DNA of 62,144 bases from sequence record PX021331.1. The stretch is one strand, 5' to 3'. This document shows positions 1 to 8,753 of the stretch, piece after piece; positions within the stretch are counted from its first letter, which is position 1, and each line of letters starts with the position of its first letter. Below the pieces are notes generated by a model. That model was not told where the DNA came from, made no database searches, and saw nothing but the letters and a program-made list of their open reading frames with translations. Position numbers and translations under genes: made by a program. Source of the stretch: a phage.

Positions 1-111
1 TTGCACACCGTTTCGCCAGTAGACAGGTTATCCGTTGGACTATGTCACCTCACCCATCCTAAACTTACCCCGTACCTTACACATCCACCCATAAATACTC
101 GAGAGATCACT

Positions 112-333
112 ATGTATATTCCAATGGGCTTTATTTACATCGCGTTTCTGTATGTTATCTTCCAGAGCGTGTTCATTGCGTTCAGCGTTGGTTCCGTGGC
201 TGCGTTTGTCGTCTATGCGGTGCTTGCAATGCTTACCCGTAATAACACACGGGATATGTGGAACGGTTTCGTTCTGTTAGCGACCAGCATTGTAGCAGTC
301 TGGACAGTGGTAGACTTCTACGCGACTCGCTAA
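112..333 (+). CDS. small hydrophobic protein, two predicted transmembrane helices
   Basis: First in-frame ATG of track ORF 1..333 (the track start at nt 1 is a window-edge TTG). Hydrophobic stretches IYIAFLYVIFQSVFIAF and VAAFVVYAVLAML. Weak SD. Confidence 0.4.
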   Translation: MYIPMGFIYIAFLYVIFQSVFIAFSVGSVAAFVVYAVLAMLTRNNTRDMWNGFVLLATSIVAVWTVVDFYATR

Positions 334-422
334 TGTGGTCACCAGAATCAACTTGCTAGCTATTTAAATCCGTCCTAGCTCCCTGCTATATTAGCTCTAC
401 GACAACAAAGGGGAGTAAAAGA

Positions 423-803
423 ATGGCCAGATTTACGAAGGATGTTTGGACGAGCCTACGCTCGCACTCTAAGCCGACGCGCACTATGTTAATCGTTGTG
501 CCGTCACGGTCGTATATGGTGGAGCTGTTGGCTCACATGTTCGACGATAAAGAGTCGACAGGTATGCGTCACCAAAGTATGTTCTGCGTTAAGGTTCAGT
601 TCCTTAATTTTAACGCCATTGTTATGGTGCAGAACTACCACGGCGAAGGCATGGTCCAGCGTGTCCACGAGATGACGATTGGGCGCTGCGATATTGACCT
701 TTGGCTGGTGGACGTTGTGAACGTTGGTGCTAACGACCGCCGCGCTTTGCAGCAGGTTATGTCGGCTCGGATGGGTACAGTCAACGCGCTGGAGTCCAAA
801 TGA
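423..803 (+). CDS. hypothetical protein
   Basis: 126-aa ORF; SD-like AAAGGGGAG upstream of ATG; no recognisable motif. Confidence 0.6.
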   Translation: MARFTKDVWTSLRSHSKPTRTMLIVVPSRSYMVELLAHMFDDKESTGMRHQSMFCVKVQFLNFNAIVMVQNYHGEGMVQRVHEMTIGRCDIDLWLVDVVNVGANDRRALQQVMSARMGTVNALESK

Positions 804-1138
804 AAGACATTAACTTGCCTAAACTGTACACCTCGCTCCGCGATACCCTTCTCCAGGCCGATTGGGTCACCACACATACGAATCCCGAGGACACGTTTGT
901 AGTTCTGGTGTCGCCTGACAATGTGCTGCGCTGCGTGTTGCACTATATGCCGGAGTGCTCCAACGTGTACCCTGACGGCTCCTGGACACTCAAGCTCAAC
1001 ACGGACGAAGGGACGTGGCAAGTCGAAACGGCCACCCGTCCGATCTGTAACGACACGACACTCTTTATGGCGGACTTCCGTCGTCTCACATCAATCAGTG
1101 TCATCCTCAAAGACCAAATCAGCAAGGATCCATTCTAA
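800..1138 (+). CDS. hypothetical protein
   Basis: 112-aa ORF; start overlaps upstream stop (ATGA coupling). Confidence 0.6.
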   Translation: MKDINLPKLYTSLRDTLLQADWVTTHTNPEDTFVVLVSPDNVLRCVLHYMPECSNVYPDGSWTLKLNTDEGTWQVETATRPICNDTTLFMADFRRLTSISVILKDQISKDPF

Positions 1139-1599
1139 TGCGTGCAATCGAACATCAGACACAACCTACGGGCTTGGCGTGCATCGCGACGTGCCTGGCA
1201 ATGCTCACCCGCCGTAAAGCGAAGTTCGTGGACGAGGAGTTCACTCCGAAGTACGTCCGTAATCAGGCGGACATCCCAATGTGGCTGGCAACTTACGGCA
1301 TCCGCTGCATCCCTCACCTGACTTCCGGGATCCACCAGTTGCATCAGGGAAAGTTATACCTCGCAACCGTACCGTCGCTGATGACTGCTGGGCTGTTCCA
1401 TCAGGTTATTATCGATACTCGCTTGGGAACCGTTGCGGTCTATGACCCTGCTGAGGGTTTCAGCAAGACAACGCAGTTCTACATCGATCCGGATCACAAC
1501 CGTCTGAAGATGGATCACCCGGATTACGATCGTTTGGCGTTCCCGCTGAAGAGCTGGATCATTGATTACGAGTTGGAGTATCTGGAAGATGGCGAATAG
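1138..1599 (+). CDS. C39-like (papain-fold) cysteine peptidase domain protein
   Basis: N-terminal HQTQPTGLACIATCLAMLT resembles the Gln/Cys motif of C39 peptidases; later HQVIID...VAVYDPAEG resembles the C39 His/Asp region. Start overlaps upstream stop. Confidence 0.5.
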   Translation: MRAIEHQTQPTGLACIATCLAMLTRRKAKFVDEEFTPKYVRNQADIPMWLATYGIRCIPHLTSGIHQLHQGKLYLATVPSLMTAGLFHQVIIDTRLGTVAVYDPAEGFSKTTQFYIDPDHNRLKMDHPDYDRLAFPLKSWIIDYELEYLEDGE

Positions 1600-1740
1600 T
1601 AGACCGGCGCACTTTACGTCGTATGAAGCGGCGTATAAATATGCAAAGGATCTCGCATTTCGCCAGGGTGCTGTACGCGCTGTGGGCTGTTTAAGCCGGG
1701 CGAGTGGCTCGTTGGTACTGTAAGGCAGCTAGGGGAAGAA

Positions 1741-1923
1741 ATGGGCCTGGAGCCGCTGGTGCGCGTGGGTACTGCGAGGCAGGTGCGCCGCACGCTGGAG
1801 GAGCGTAAGCAGATTTTCACCTACGTTAACAACACGGGAGACGTCAAGAAGACTGCTAAGAAGTTCGGCTGTTCGGAAAGCAACGTCTATCGAATCATTC
1901 AAGAAATGAGGAATAAGAAATGA
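1741..1923 (+). CDS. small helix-turn-helix DNA-binding protein
   Basis: 60 aa; C-terminal KKFGCSESNVYRIIQEM looks like an HTH; SD GGGGAAG before ATG. Confidence 0.55.
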   Translation: MGLEPLVRVGTARQVRRTLEERKQIFTYVNNTGDVKKTAKKFGCSESNVYRIIQEMRNKK

Positions 1924-2441
1924 CAGCTATTGCATGGGACGGTACTACTTTAGCAGTGGATCGAGCTACCTTCGGCGCAGACCAGATGATGGAGTGTTGT
2001 AAACTTCACATAATCTACAAGAAGGATACTCCGATGATGTATGCTTCTTGCGGTTCGACCTATAACATCAATCAGATTGTTCGCTGGTTTGAGAACGGGT
2101 GTGAGGGTAAGCCTGACATCGACAAGGAAGCGGATACGATCGGAGCGTCCTTTGGGATCATGGTTGATGGCTGGGGTACTGCGTGGACCGTGTTCGGCAA
2201 CGGGACGCTGGAACGCATTATACCGCCCTTTGCAGCGGATGGAGCTGCAACGCCTTTCCTGTACGGTGCGCTGGCGGCTGGTGCAAGTGCCGATAAAGCA
2301 GTACAGTTAGCGGTACAGATGCGCGGGGACGCGGGTATTGGTGTCGACGCCTTTGAATGGAAAGGTCTGTCGAGCATTGAACTCCGCATGGCTGCGATTG
2401 CCCACTTTAAAAAGTCAATCTTAAGAGGAGAACGATCTTGA
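1920..2441 (+). CDS. hypothetical protein
   Basis: 173-aa ORF; start overlaps upstream stop (ATGA). Confidence 0.6.
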   Translation: MTAIAWDGTTLAVDRATFGADQMMECCKLHIIYKKDTPMMYASCGSTYNINQIVRWFENGCEGKPDIDKEADTIGASFGIMVDGWGTAWTVFGNGTLERIIPPFAADGAATPFLYGALAAGASADKAVQLAVQMRGDAGIGVDAFEWKGLSSIELRMAAIAHFKKSILRGERS

Positions 2442-2833
2442 CAACATGTGATGGCGGTGCGTGTTTCGACAACGTGATACCGAACATCTTGTATCTGGCG
2501 CGGGCTATTAAGACGTGCCATTTCGAAGAGACGCCGCTTGGCGTACATGTGGTTATTAACGATGAATTGCACTTGTGTCAAAGCGAAGACCTTGCAATCG
2601 CAGTCTTAGACAGTAATACTAAGTGCAATGAAGAGTTATACGTGTATTGCGCGGAAACTGAAACCCTCGTTCTACATGGCATCGGTGTTGTCATGGGGAT
2701 CGCGGATTGTGCTTACCACATACGGGAGATCCTGGATGACCAGATTAAAGCTCGCGAGGCCGATCAAGCCAAGGGGCAAGGTAACGCGGACAACCCTCGT
2801 GACGGCTCTTTTAACCAGGCCTACGAAGGGTAA
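2438..2833 (+). CDS. hypothetical protein (TTG start)
   Basis: 131-aa ORF with no in-frame ATG near the 5' end; TTG preceded by AAGAGGAG; overlaps upstream stop. Confidence 0.45.
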   Translation: MTTCDGGACFDNVIPNILYLARAIKTCHFEETPLGVHVVINDELHLCQSEDLAIAVLDSNTKCNEELYVYCAETETLVLHGIGVVMGIADCAYHIREILDDQIKAREADQAKGQGNADNPRDGSFNQAYEG

Positions 2834-2846
2834 GAAGCGGAAGTTT

Positions 2847-3014
2847 ATGTGTCTCGGCGGGCCGTTTGATGGAAAGAAGATTGCCCTATGGGACGAAATG
2901 CCAGGTAACACTGGCACAATGGAATTCAGCATACCCAGCTTTAACAACGGTGAGAAAGGGATGTATAAACCGGATGCAGAGTTTGCTGATTCCGTCGTCT
3001 GGAGACCTGTATGA
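2847..3014 (+). CDS. small hypothetical protein (55 aa)
   Basis: Internal ATG of track ORF 2628..3014, chosen because it lies just after the upstream gene's stop; stop overlaps start of Rz-like gene. Confidence 0.3.
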   Translation: MCLGGPFDGKKIALWDEMPGNTGTMEFSIPSFNNGEKGMYKPDAEFADSVVWRPV

Positions 3015-3550
3015 ATTGGATCCCTGCATGGGTTCCAAAGTGGGTTATCAGTGCCCTACCATATCTGGTAGTGGCGCTGATTATCGCTTTGGGTGTCTGG
3101 AAGTATAACCACGACGTAGAGAAAGCCCGGACTGGAGGTTTCAATGACGGTGTCGCGTACCAAAAAGGCATTGAGGTCCAGGATACTCTACGCACACGAC
3201 AGGAGCGAGAAGATGAGAAGAAGCGAATTGAAGGGCAGGCGGCTGCTCGTGTTGCTGATGCTGATCGCGATCGTGCTCTTGCTTTGTCTCAGCTTGATGG
3301 GCTGCACAAAGAACTCGAGCGGATACGTGCAATCGGACAGCGCTATACCGGACCTCAGTCCGCTGGCACGTCAACCGGAGAGATCATCAATATGCTTGCC
3401 GACTTGTACGAAGCGAGCGAACGAGACTACAATGCAGCGGCAGCAGAAGCTGACAAGTATTACAACGCCGGACTCACCTGTGAAGTCCAATACGACTCCT
3501 TAAAGGCCAAATATGATGAAGCAAAAGGTCGCCAGACGACAAACCGATAA
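3011..3550 (+). CDS. Rz: i-spanin (Rz-like)
   Basis: N-terminal TM helix (ISALPYLVVALIIALGVW), long charged coiled-coil region, C-terminal ERDY-containing segment as in Rz-family spanins; a lipoprotein ORF is embedded in another frame. Confidence 0.6.
   Translation: MNWIPAWVPKWVISALPYLVVALIIALGVWKYNHDVEKARTGGFNDGVAYQKGIEVQDTLRTRQEREDEKKRIEGQAAARVADADRDRALALSQLDGLHKELERIRAIGQRYTGPQSAGTSTGEIINMLADLYEASERDYNAAAAEADKYYNAGLTCEVQYDSLKAKYDEAKGRQTTNR
3213..3503 (+). CDS. Rz1: o-spanin (Rz1-like outer-membrane lipoprotein), embedded in Rz
   Basis: Internal ATG of track ORF 3144..3503 preceded by AGGAGCGAG; signal peptide MRRSELKGRRLLVLLMLIAIVLLLCLSLMGC with lipobox-like LMGC; Pro-rich mature part; lies wholly inside 3011..3550. 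Confidence 0.45.
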   Translation: MRRSELKGRRLLVLLMLIAIVLLLCLSLMGCTKNSSGYVQSDSAIPDLSPLARQPERSSICLPTCTKRANETTMQRQQKLTSITTPDSPVKSNTTP

Positions 3551-3734
3551 AGAAATCCACGCCAACGCCACAAAGGTGGGGCCGGAGTGTGTTGAGCAGT
3601 ATGAGAAACACTTGAAGGTACTCACTATGATGCTGGAGGACGTGACCGATGAAGGTGGTGAAGCATTGGCTGGATTCATGTTTGCCTTTGCCAGTCTTGG
3701 TAATGAAATCGCACGGCGCAATAATATTAAGTAA
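3513..3734 (+). CDS. hypothetical small protein
   Basis: 73-aa ORF beginning inside the 3' end of the Rz-like gene; AAAGG upstream; followed by a terminator. Confidence 0.35.
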   Translation: MMKQKVARRQTDKEIHANATKVGPECVEQYEKHLKVLTMMLEDVTDEGGEALAGFMFAFASLGNEIARRNNIK

Positions 3735-3765
3735 CATTGCGCAAACAATTATCACGTCTTACCCT

Positions 3766-3794
3766 GCTCCTGCCTAATCAACAGGAGCTTTTTT
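3766..3794 (+). terminator. rho-independent terminator (stem GCTCCTG/CAGGAGC, T6)
   Basis: Inverted repeat followed directly by TTTTTT; the 3' arm also supplies the SD (AGGAG) for the next ATG at 3795. Confidence 0.5.
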
Positions 3795-4232
3795 ATGGCA
3801 ACTCAACCTCGCGGTATCCGCAACAACAACCCCGGCAATATTCGCTGGGGCGACGACTGGAAGGGACTTGTCCCTCAAGCCAAGAGAACGGATAAATCGT
3901 TCTGTCAATTTATTGAGATCAAATGGGGGATTCGCGCACTGGTGAAAGTGCTGTTAAACTACCGTAAGCGGCCGGGGATGCCAGGAGTTGGCAATTCAGG
4001 GATCGATACGGTGAGGGAAATCATCTCTCGTTGGGCTCCGCCTAATGAGAACAACACCGAAGCATATATCCAATCGGTCGCGAAAGCATGTGGTGTGAAG
4101 CCGGACGCCCCAATTGACCTCATGGATAAAAATCTTATGCTGGCAATGGTGAAAGCCATTATCTCGCACGAGAACGGGGTTCAGCCTTACACAGACGCAG
4201 TTCTGTTGAATGGCATTGGACTCGCATACTAA
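3795..4232 (+). CDS. hypothetical protein; positional candidate for endolysin
   Basis: 145-aa ORF with strong SD, between spanin and holin-like genes; no hydrolase motif I can name (N-terminal GIRNNNPGNIRWGDDW). Confidence 0.6.
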   Translation: MATQPRGIRNNNPGNIRWGDDWKGLVPQAKRTDKSFCQFIEIKWGIRALVKVLLNYRKRPGMPGVGNSGIDTVREIISRWAPPNENNTEAYIQSVAKACGVKPDAPIDLMDKNLMLAMVKAIISHENGVQPYTDAVLLNGIGLAY

Positions 4233-4247
4233 AAAGGAGCCACAAAG

Positions 4248-4586
4248 ATGGATCCAATTAAAGTTGACTGGGATTGGTTTAAGGTCGCAGTCTTTACGAT
4301 TATTGCCGTAGTAGGCGGCTGTCTGGGCTACACAGCGCGTAAGCTGGACGCAAAAGAGAAGTTTAGTCTTGGTGTCTTTTTCTTTGAGGGCATCTCTGCT
4401 GGCTTCTTTGGATTCCTTGTAGGAGTCATCGGCATGGAGCATAATGCGTCCTTAGGATGGGGCGGTTCTGCGATTGGCGTGTTATCCTGGTTCGGGTCCA
4501 GATCCATGGTGGCATTATTGAAACCGATCGTAGTCAAGCGCCTCGGTACTATCTTCGGAGTAAACACTGATGAGAAATCTTCGTGA
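4248..4586 (+). CDS. putative holin (three TM segments)
   Basis: 112 aa; three hydrophobic helices then a charged C-terminus (KPIVVKRLG...DEKSS); position in lysis block. Confidence 0.5.
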   Translation: MDPIKVDWDWFKVAVFTIIAVVGGCLGYTARKLDAKEKFSLGVFFFEGISAGFFGFLVGVIGMEHNASLGWGGSAIGVLSWFGSRSMVALLKPIVVKRLGTIFGVNTDEKSS

Positions 4587-4872
4587 TACCCGCGGATGGC
4601 TGCCTAGCCCGACTCTAATACTGCATTACGCCATGATTGCTTGTTTTCTGACAGCATTGAGTGGCGCATCAGTATACTATTTTCACGTGGAGAAGGCGAT
4701 GGCAGTCGTGGACGGTACTGCAAAACAGGTCGCAGGTATTGCAGAACGGTTGAAAGGGGAACTCCCTGACAGCCCGGAAGCAGAAGCTAAAGTCGTAAGA
4801 CTTCAAGTGAAGGCCGATCAATTGCAAAGTACCGCTCAGTCCGTAGCGCCAACGGTGCAAGCCGTCAACTGA
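4570..4872 (+). CDS. membrane-anchored protein (single N-terminal TM), lysis-associated by position
   Basis: 100 aa; TM segment LILHYAMIACFLTALSGASVYYF then helical soluble part; SD GGAG; overlaps end of holin candidate. Confidence 0.5.
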   Translation: MRNLRDTRGWLPSPTLILHYAMIACFLTALSGASVYYFHVEKAMAVVDGTAKQVAGIAERLKGELPDSPEAEAKVVRLQVKADQLQSTAQSVAPTVQAVN

Positions 4873-4878
4873 CCGCAA

Positions 4879-4910
4879 GCCCACCCATCTCATTCGGGGT
4901 GGGCTTTTTT
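4879..4910 (+). terminator. rho-independent terminator (stem GCCCACCC/GGGTGGGC, T6)
   Basis: 8-bp GC-rich inverted repeat followed by TTTTTTATT just after the stop at 4872. Confidence 0.65.
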
Positions 4911-5002
4911 ATTCCCTCCTGTATCAATCTACTTGCTTTAGCTTGCGTTTTGTGTATCCAGCACTTATATTCCTGTCATATGTGATATGGGGATACAGCG
5001 CA

Positions 5003-5554
5003 ATGGCCAACACACCTTTACCGTGGGATCGAAGCATCGAGTACGAGAATGATCTCACTCCAGACGAGATGATGCTGCGTGACGCTGTCGTTACGGAATA
5101 CCGCTTTGACCACAATTGGGTGAACGCTTGCAAACGTTTGGGCATGAACTCACAAATGGCTCACGAGTACGCCCAGCGATTCGCGTCTGATTCTTACGTC
5201 CAGAAACGTCTTAAAGACTTTGAACTTGCTGAAGCTGCGAAGCCTGAGGCTAACAAGAAAGCCGAGTTCGACCAGAAGAAGCAACGCATTATCGAGCAGC
5301 TCGAGGAACAAGCTGTTTACAACGGTCCAGGCGCGTCCCATGCTGCGCGTGTTGCTGCGCTCAAGCAGCTAGCAGTCATCTATGGCTTCGAAGCACCTAA
5401 GCAGACGAAGGTAGATGTGGGCGTGTCCAGCGGTGTGATGCTTGTTCCAATGACCAGCGATATGGGCTCATGGGAGCAGTCCGCCAAGGACGCACAGAAG
5501 AAACTTCAAGAGGATACGATGAATGGACTCGACATTGACCCGACCGTCCACTAA
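5003..5554 (+). CDS. terS: terminase small subunit (positional)
   Basis: 184-aa ORF (internal ATG of track ORF 4943..5554) directly upstream of and overlapping the large terminase; charged helical protein. Confidence 0.5.
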   Translation: MANTPLPWDRSIEYENDLTPDEMMLRDAVVTEYRFDHNWVNACKRLGMNSQMAHEYAQRFASDSYVQKRLKDFELAEAAKPEANKKAEFDQKKQRIIEQLEEQAVYNGPGASHAARVAALKQLAVIYGFEAPKQTKVDVGVSSGVMLVPMTSDMGSWEQSAKDAQKKLQEDTMNGLDIDPTVH

Positions 5555-7121
5555 GATCGTTTGGAAGCCACATCCAGGGTCACAGGTGCTGGCCCTGAGT
5601 TGCCCGGCTGACGAAATCCTCTATCACGGTACTCGTGGCCCTGGCAAGACTGACGCCCAGCTAATGCGTTTCCGCCGATACGTTGGTATGGGGTACGGGA
5701 AGCACTGGCGCGGCATTATCTTTGACCGCGAATATAAGAACTTGGATGACTTAGTAGCCAAATCCCAACGTTGGTTCCCTGAGTTTAACGATGGGTGTAA
5801 ATTCCTGTCATCCAAGTCAGATTATAAATGGGTATGGCCTACTGGCGAAGAGCTTATGTTCCGTGTTGCTAAGAAGCGCAAGGACTACTGGCTCTATCAC
5901 GGTCAGGAATTCCCGTTCATTGGCTGGAACGAATTAACCAAATACCCTGACGGTGATTTGTACGAAGCAATGAAGTCTTGTAACCGTACATCGTTCATCG
6001 CAGAAGAGAACCCAATCATTATTGACGGGGATATCTACCATGAGACGGGCCAGCTTGTACTGGTTCAACCGGACCACTATGCGGCGCAGAAGTTTATCCT
6101 TCCTGAGCTTCCATTGCAAATCTTTGCCACGACGAACCCCTTTGGTGTGGGCCACAACTGGGTCAAGAAATACTTCATTAACATGAGCCCGCTGGGCAGC
6201 ATGTATAAAGAGACAACGAACGTATTCAACCCACGAACGCAAAGTTATGTCGATGTTGTGCGCACGCGCTGCCACATCTTTGGGAGCTACCGCGAGAACC
6301 GCAACCTGACGCCAGAGTACGTCGCGCAACTGGTCAACATTGATGACCCGAACTTAAAGCTCGCCTGGTTGGGCGGGAGCTGGGACATTACTGCGGGCGG
6401 TATGTTTGATGACCTGTGGCGCAGAGCTGTACATGTGGTCACACCATTCCGTATCCCTGATAGCTGGAAGATAGATAGAACGTTCGACTGGGGCTCAAGT
6501 AAACCGTTCTCTGTAGGCTGGTGGGCACGCTCAGACGGGTCCGATGTCATCCTGGGTGACGGTACTCGAATGTCTACGGTGCGAGGTGACCTGTTCCGAA
6601 TCATGGAGTGGTACGGTACAAACGGGAAACCGAACGAAGGGCTGCGAATGTTGGATTCACAGATCACTCGTGGTATTATCCTGAAAGAACTTGAAGCGGG
6701 CATCTACGGCAGGGTTATGCCAGGGGCAGCGGATAATAGCATATGGGACGTCAAGGACGGTAACAGTACGGCAGCGACAATGGCGAAGCCTATTGAGATC
6801 AACGGAAAGAAATATCCTGGAGTCCAATGGAAGCGGTCTGACAAGACTGCTGGTTCCCGTAAAGCTGGCTGGAAGCGGATGCGTGAATACCTTGCTGCTC
6901 CGCTTCGTAAACCAGGCGACACAATCATTCGTGAGAAGCCTGGCATCTTTGTATTCGAAAACTGTACACACTTTATAGACCTTGTTCCATCGCTACCACG
7001 TGATGAGGAAGATCTGGATGACGTCGATACTGACGCTGAAGATCACATCGGTGACGAAACTCGTTATCGTGTTCTGGATGAAGCGCGTGGCGGTGGTACT
7101 GGTAAGACAACAGGCACATAA
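5523..7121 (+). CDS. terL: terminase large subunit
   Basis: 532 aa; Walker A-like GTRGPGKT near N-terminus, nuclease-sized C-terminal half; followed by portal. Confidence 0.85.
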   Translation: MDSTLTRPSTKIVWKPHPGSQVLALSCPADEILYHGTRGPGKTDAQLMRFRRYVGMGYGKHWRGIIFDREYKNLDDLVAKSQRWFPEFNDGCKFLSSKSDYKWVWPTGEELMFRVAKKRKDYWLYHGQEFPFIGWNELTKYPDGDLYEAMKSCNRTSFIAEENPIIIDGDIYHETGQLVLVQPDHYAAQKFILPELPLQIFATTNPFGVGHNWVKKYFINMSPLGSMYKETTNVFNPRTQSYVDVVRTRCHIFGSYRENRNLTPEYVAQLVNIDDPNLKLAWLGGSWDITAGGMFDDLWRRAVHVVTPFRIPDSWKIDRTFDWGSSKPFSVGWWARSDGSDVILGDGTRMSTVRGDLFRIMEWYGTNGKPNEGLRMLDSQITRGIILKELEAGIYGRVMPGAADNSIWDVKDGNSTAATMAKPIEINGKKYPGVQWKRSDKTAGSRKAGWKRMREYLAAPLRKPGDTIIREKPGIFVFENCTHFIDLVPSLPRDEEDLDDVDTDAEDHIGDETRYRVLDEARGGGTGKTTGT

Positions 7122-7133
7122 GGAGCGGCTCAG

Positions 7134-8663
7134 ATGGCTGTCACTACTGTTCACCCGCAATACGAGATCTTCCGCCCCTTATGGGAGAAGATGTTGGATT
7201 GCTTTAAGGGTGCGGATCATATCAAGACGCTGGGGACTAAATACCTGCCAGCGTTACCGTCAATGGACTATGACGGTATGGGCACGGGCGAAGATGGATA
7301 TAAGCGTTATCAGGCGTACTTAGCACGCGCTCGCTTCCCTGAGTACGTGACAGACGCAGTCCTCAACCACGGCGGCACGTTGCACCGCAAACCGGCCGTA
7401 ATTAACTTACCCGAGGGGATGGAATTTCTGCGTGAGAAAGCCACCAGTAAGGGTGAGGGGCTGGATCAGCTGCTACGCCGCATAAACGAGCTACAGCTTC
7501 GCGATGGCCGCTTGGGGCTTCTGGTAGACCTGCCAGCGGGCGAGAGTCGCGGCACAATGCCGTACATTGCCGTATACGAGGCTCTGTCCGTGCGAAATTG
7601 GGATGACGGGGAGCATACACTTGGCTCAACGAACCTCAATCTGGTAGTATTGGACGAAAGTAAAGACGTCCTGGATCACAACTCTATGGGCTGGTCCTGG
7701 AAGACCCGCTATCGTATTCTTTCGCTGGGTGCTATTGCTACAGACGAACCGGAGGAAAGCGGAGCAGTGTACCGTCAGCGTATGTCCGAAGTGATTGGTA
7801 CTGACGGTTCCGAAAGTGAAGAGCCGGATACGGTTGAGTGGATTACTCCAATGTTCAACGGTAAAACGATGGAGCGTATTCCGTTCGTTTTCTGTAACGC
7901 AATGGACCTCGTAACCGAACCAGACCGTCCGCCACTGCTTACCCTTGCGAACGCATCCATCGGTATTTACCAGGGCGAAGCAGATTATCGTCAGTCGCTG
8001 TTTATGCAGAGCCAGGACACCCTCATCGTTAAGGGCGGCATGACGAACGGTAATCAGGTGGACGATAAAGCTCCTGTCCGTGTTGGTGCTGGTGCTCGTA
8101 TTGACGTAAGCCCAGAGGGTGACGCTAAATACATTGGCACGAACTCACAGGGTATTCCAGAGCAGCGTAAGGCGCTGGAGGCTGACCACACTGACGCAGC
8201 AGCACGCTCAGGGCAGCTTACCAGCAGCGAAAGCGCGTCGCAGGAGTCCGGTGATGCACTGCGCATTCGTACCGCTACCAAAACGGCGTCACTGGTGGGT
8301 ATTGCACACACCGGCGCGGCCGCACTGGAAGAAGCTCTGCGTATGATTGCTGAGTGGATGGGCTTTGATCCTAAGGCTGTCAAAGTTACACCTAACGTTG
8401 ACTTCAGCAAGTCCGTAATGTTGGGCCAGGACTTCGTGCAGATCATGACCGCTAAGAACCTTGGAGCTCCGCTGTCCTACCAGTCTGTTCACACGTGGCT
8501 GGAAGATAACGGTATGACTAACTTGTCGTTCGAGGACGAAATGAAAGTCATTACGTCAGAGCGCGATAAGTATAAAGAGGTTCTGGCTCCGGTGGGTACA
8601 GCAGACCAAAACGGCCTCCAACAAGGCGGTAACAAGGACACCAAAACGCCTCCTAAAGAATAG
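7134..8663 (+). CDS. portal protein
   Basis: 509-aa ORF immediately after terL and before scaffold/capsid; size and position typical of portal. Confidence 0.7.
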   Translation: MAVTTVHPQYEIFRPLWEKMLDCFKGADHIKTLGTKYLPALPSMDYDGMGTGEDGYKRYQAYLARARFPEYVTDAVLNHGGTLHRKPAVINLPEGMEFLREKATSKGEGLDQLLRRINELQLRDGRLGLLVDLPAGESRGTMPYIAVYEALSVRNWDDGEHTLGSTNLNLVVLDESKDVLDHNSMGWSWKTRYRILSLGAIATDEPEESGAVYRQRMSEVIGTDGSESEEPDTVEWITPMFNGKTMERIPFVFCNAMDLVTEPDRPPLLTLANASIGIYQGEADYRQSLFMQSQDTLIVKGGMTNGNQVDDKAPVRVGAGARIDVSPEGDAKYIGTNSQGIPEQRKALEADHTDAAARSGQLTSSESASQESGDALRIRTATKTASLVGIAHTGAAALEEALRMIAEWMGFDPKAVKVTPNVDFSKSVMLGQDFVQIMTAKNLGAPLSYQSVHTWLEDNGMTNLSFEDEMKVITSERDKYKEVLAPVGTADQNGLQQGGNKDTKTPPKE

Positions 8664-8753
8664 TTTGCATCAACCTTCTTAATGTCTTAACTTTACAACG
8701 TGCGGGGACGGCCTCGCACGTTTCGTGACACGGGTCACACAATGGAGATTATT

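Noticed and set aside
1-111. N-terminal extension of track ORF 1..333
   Set aside because: It begins at a window-edge TTG with no SD; the hydrophobic protein most plausibly starts at ATG 112.
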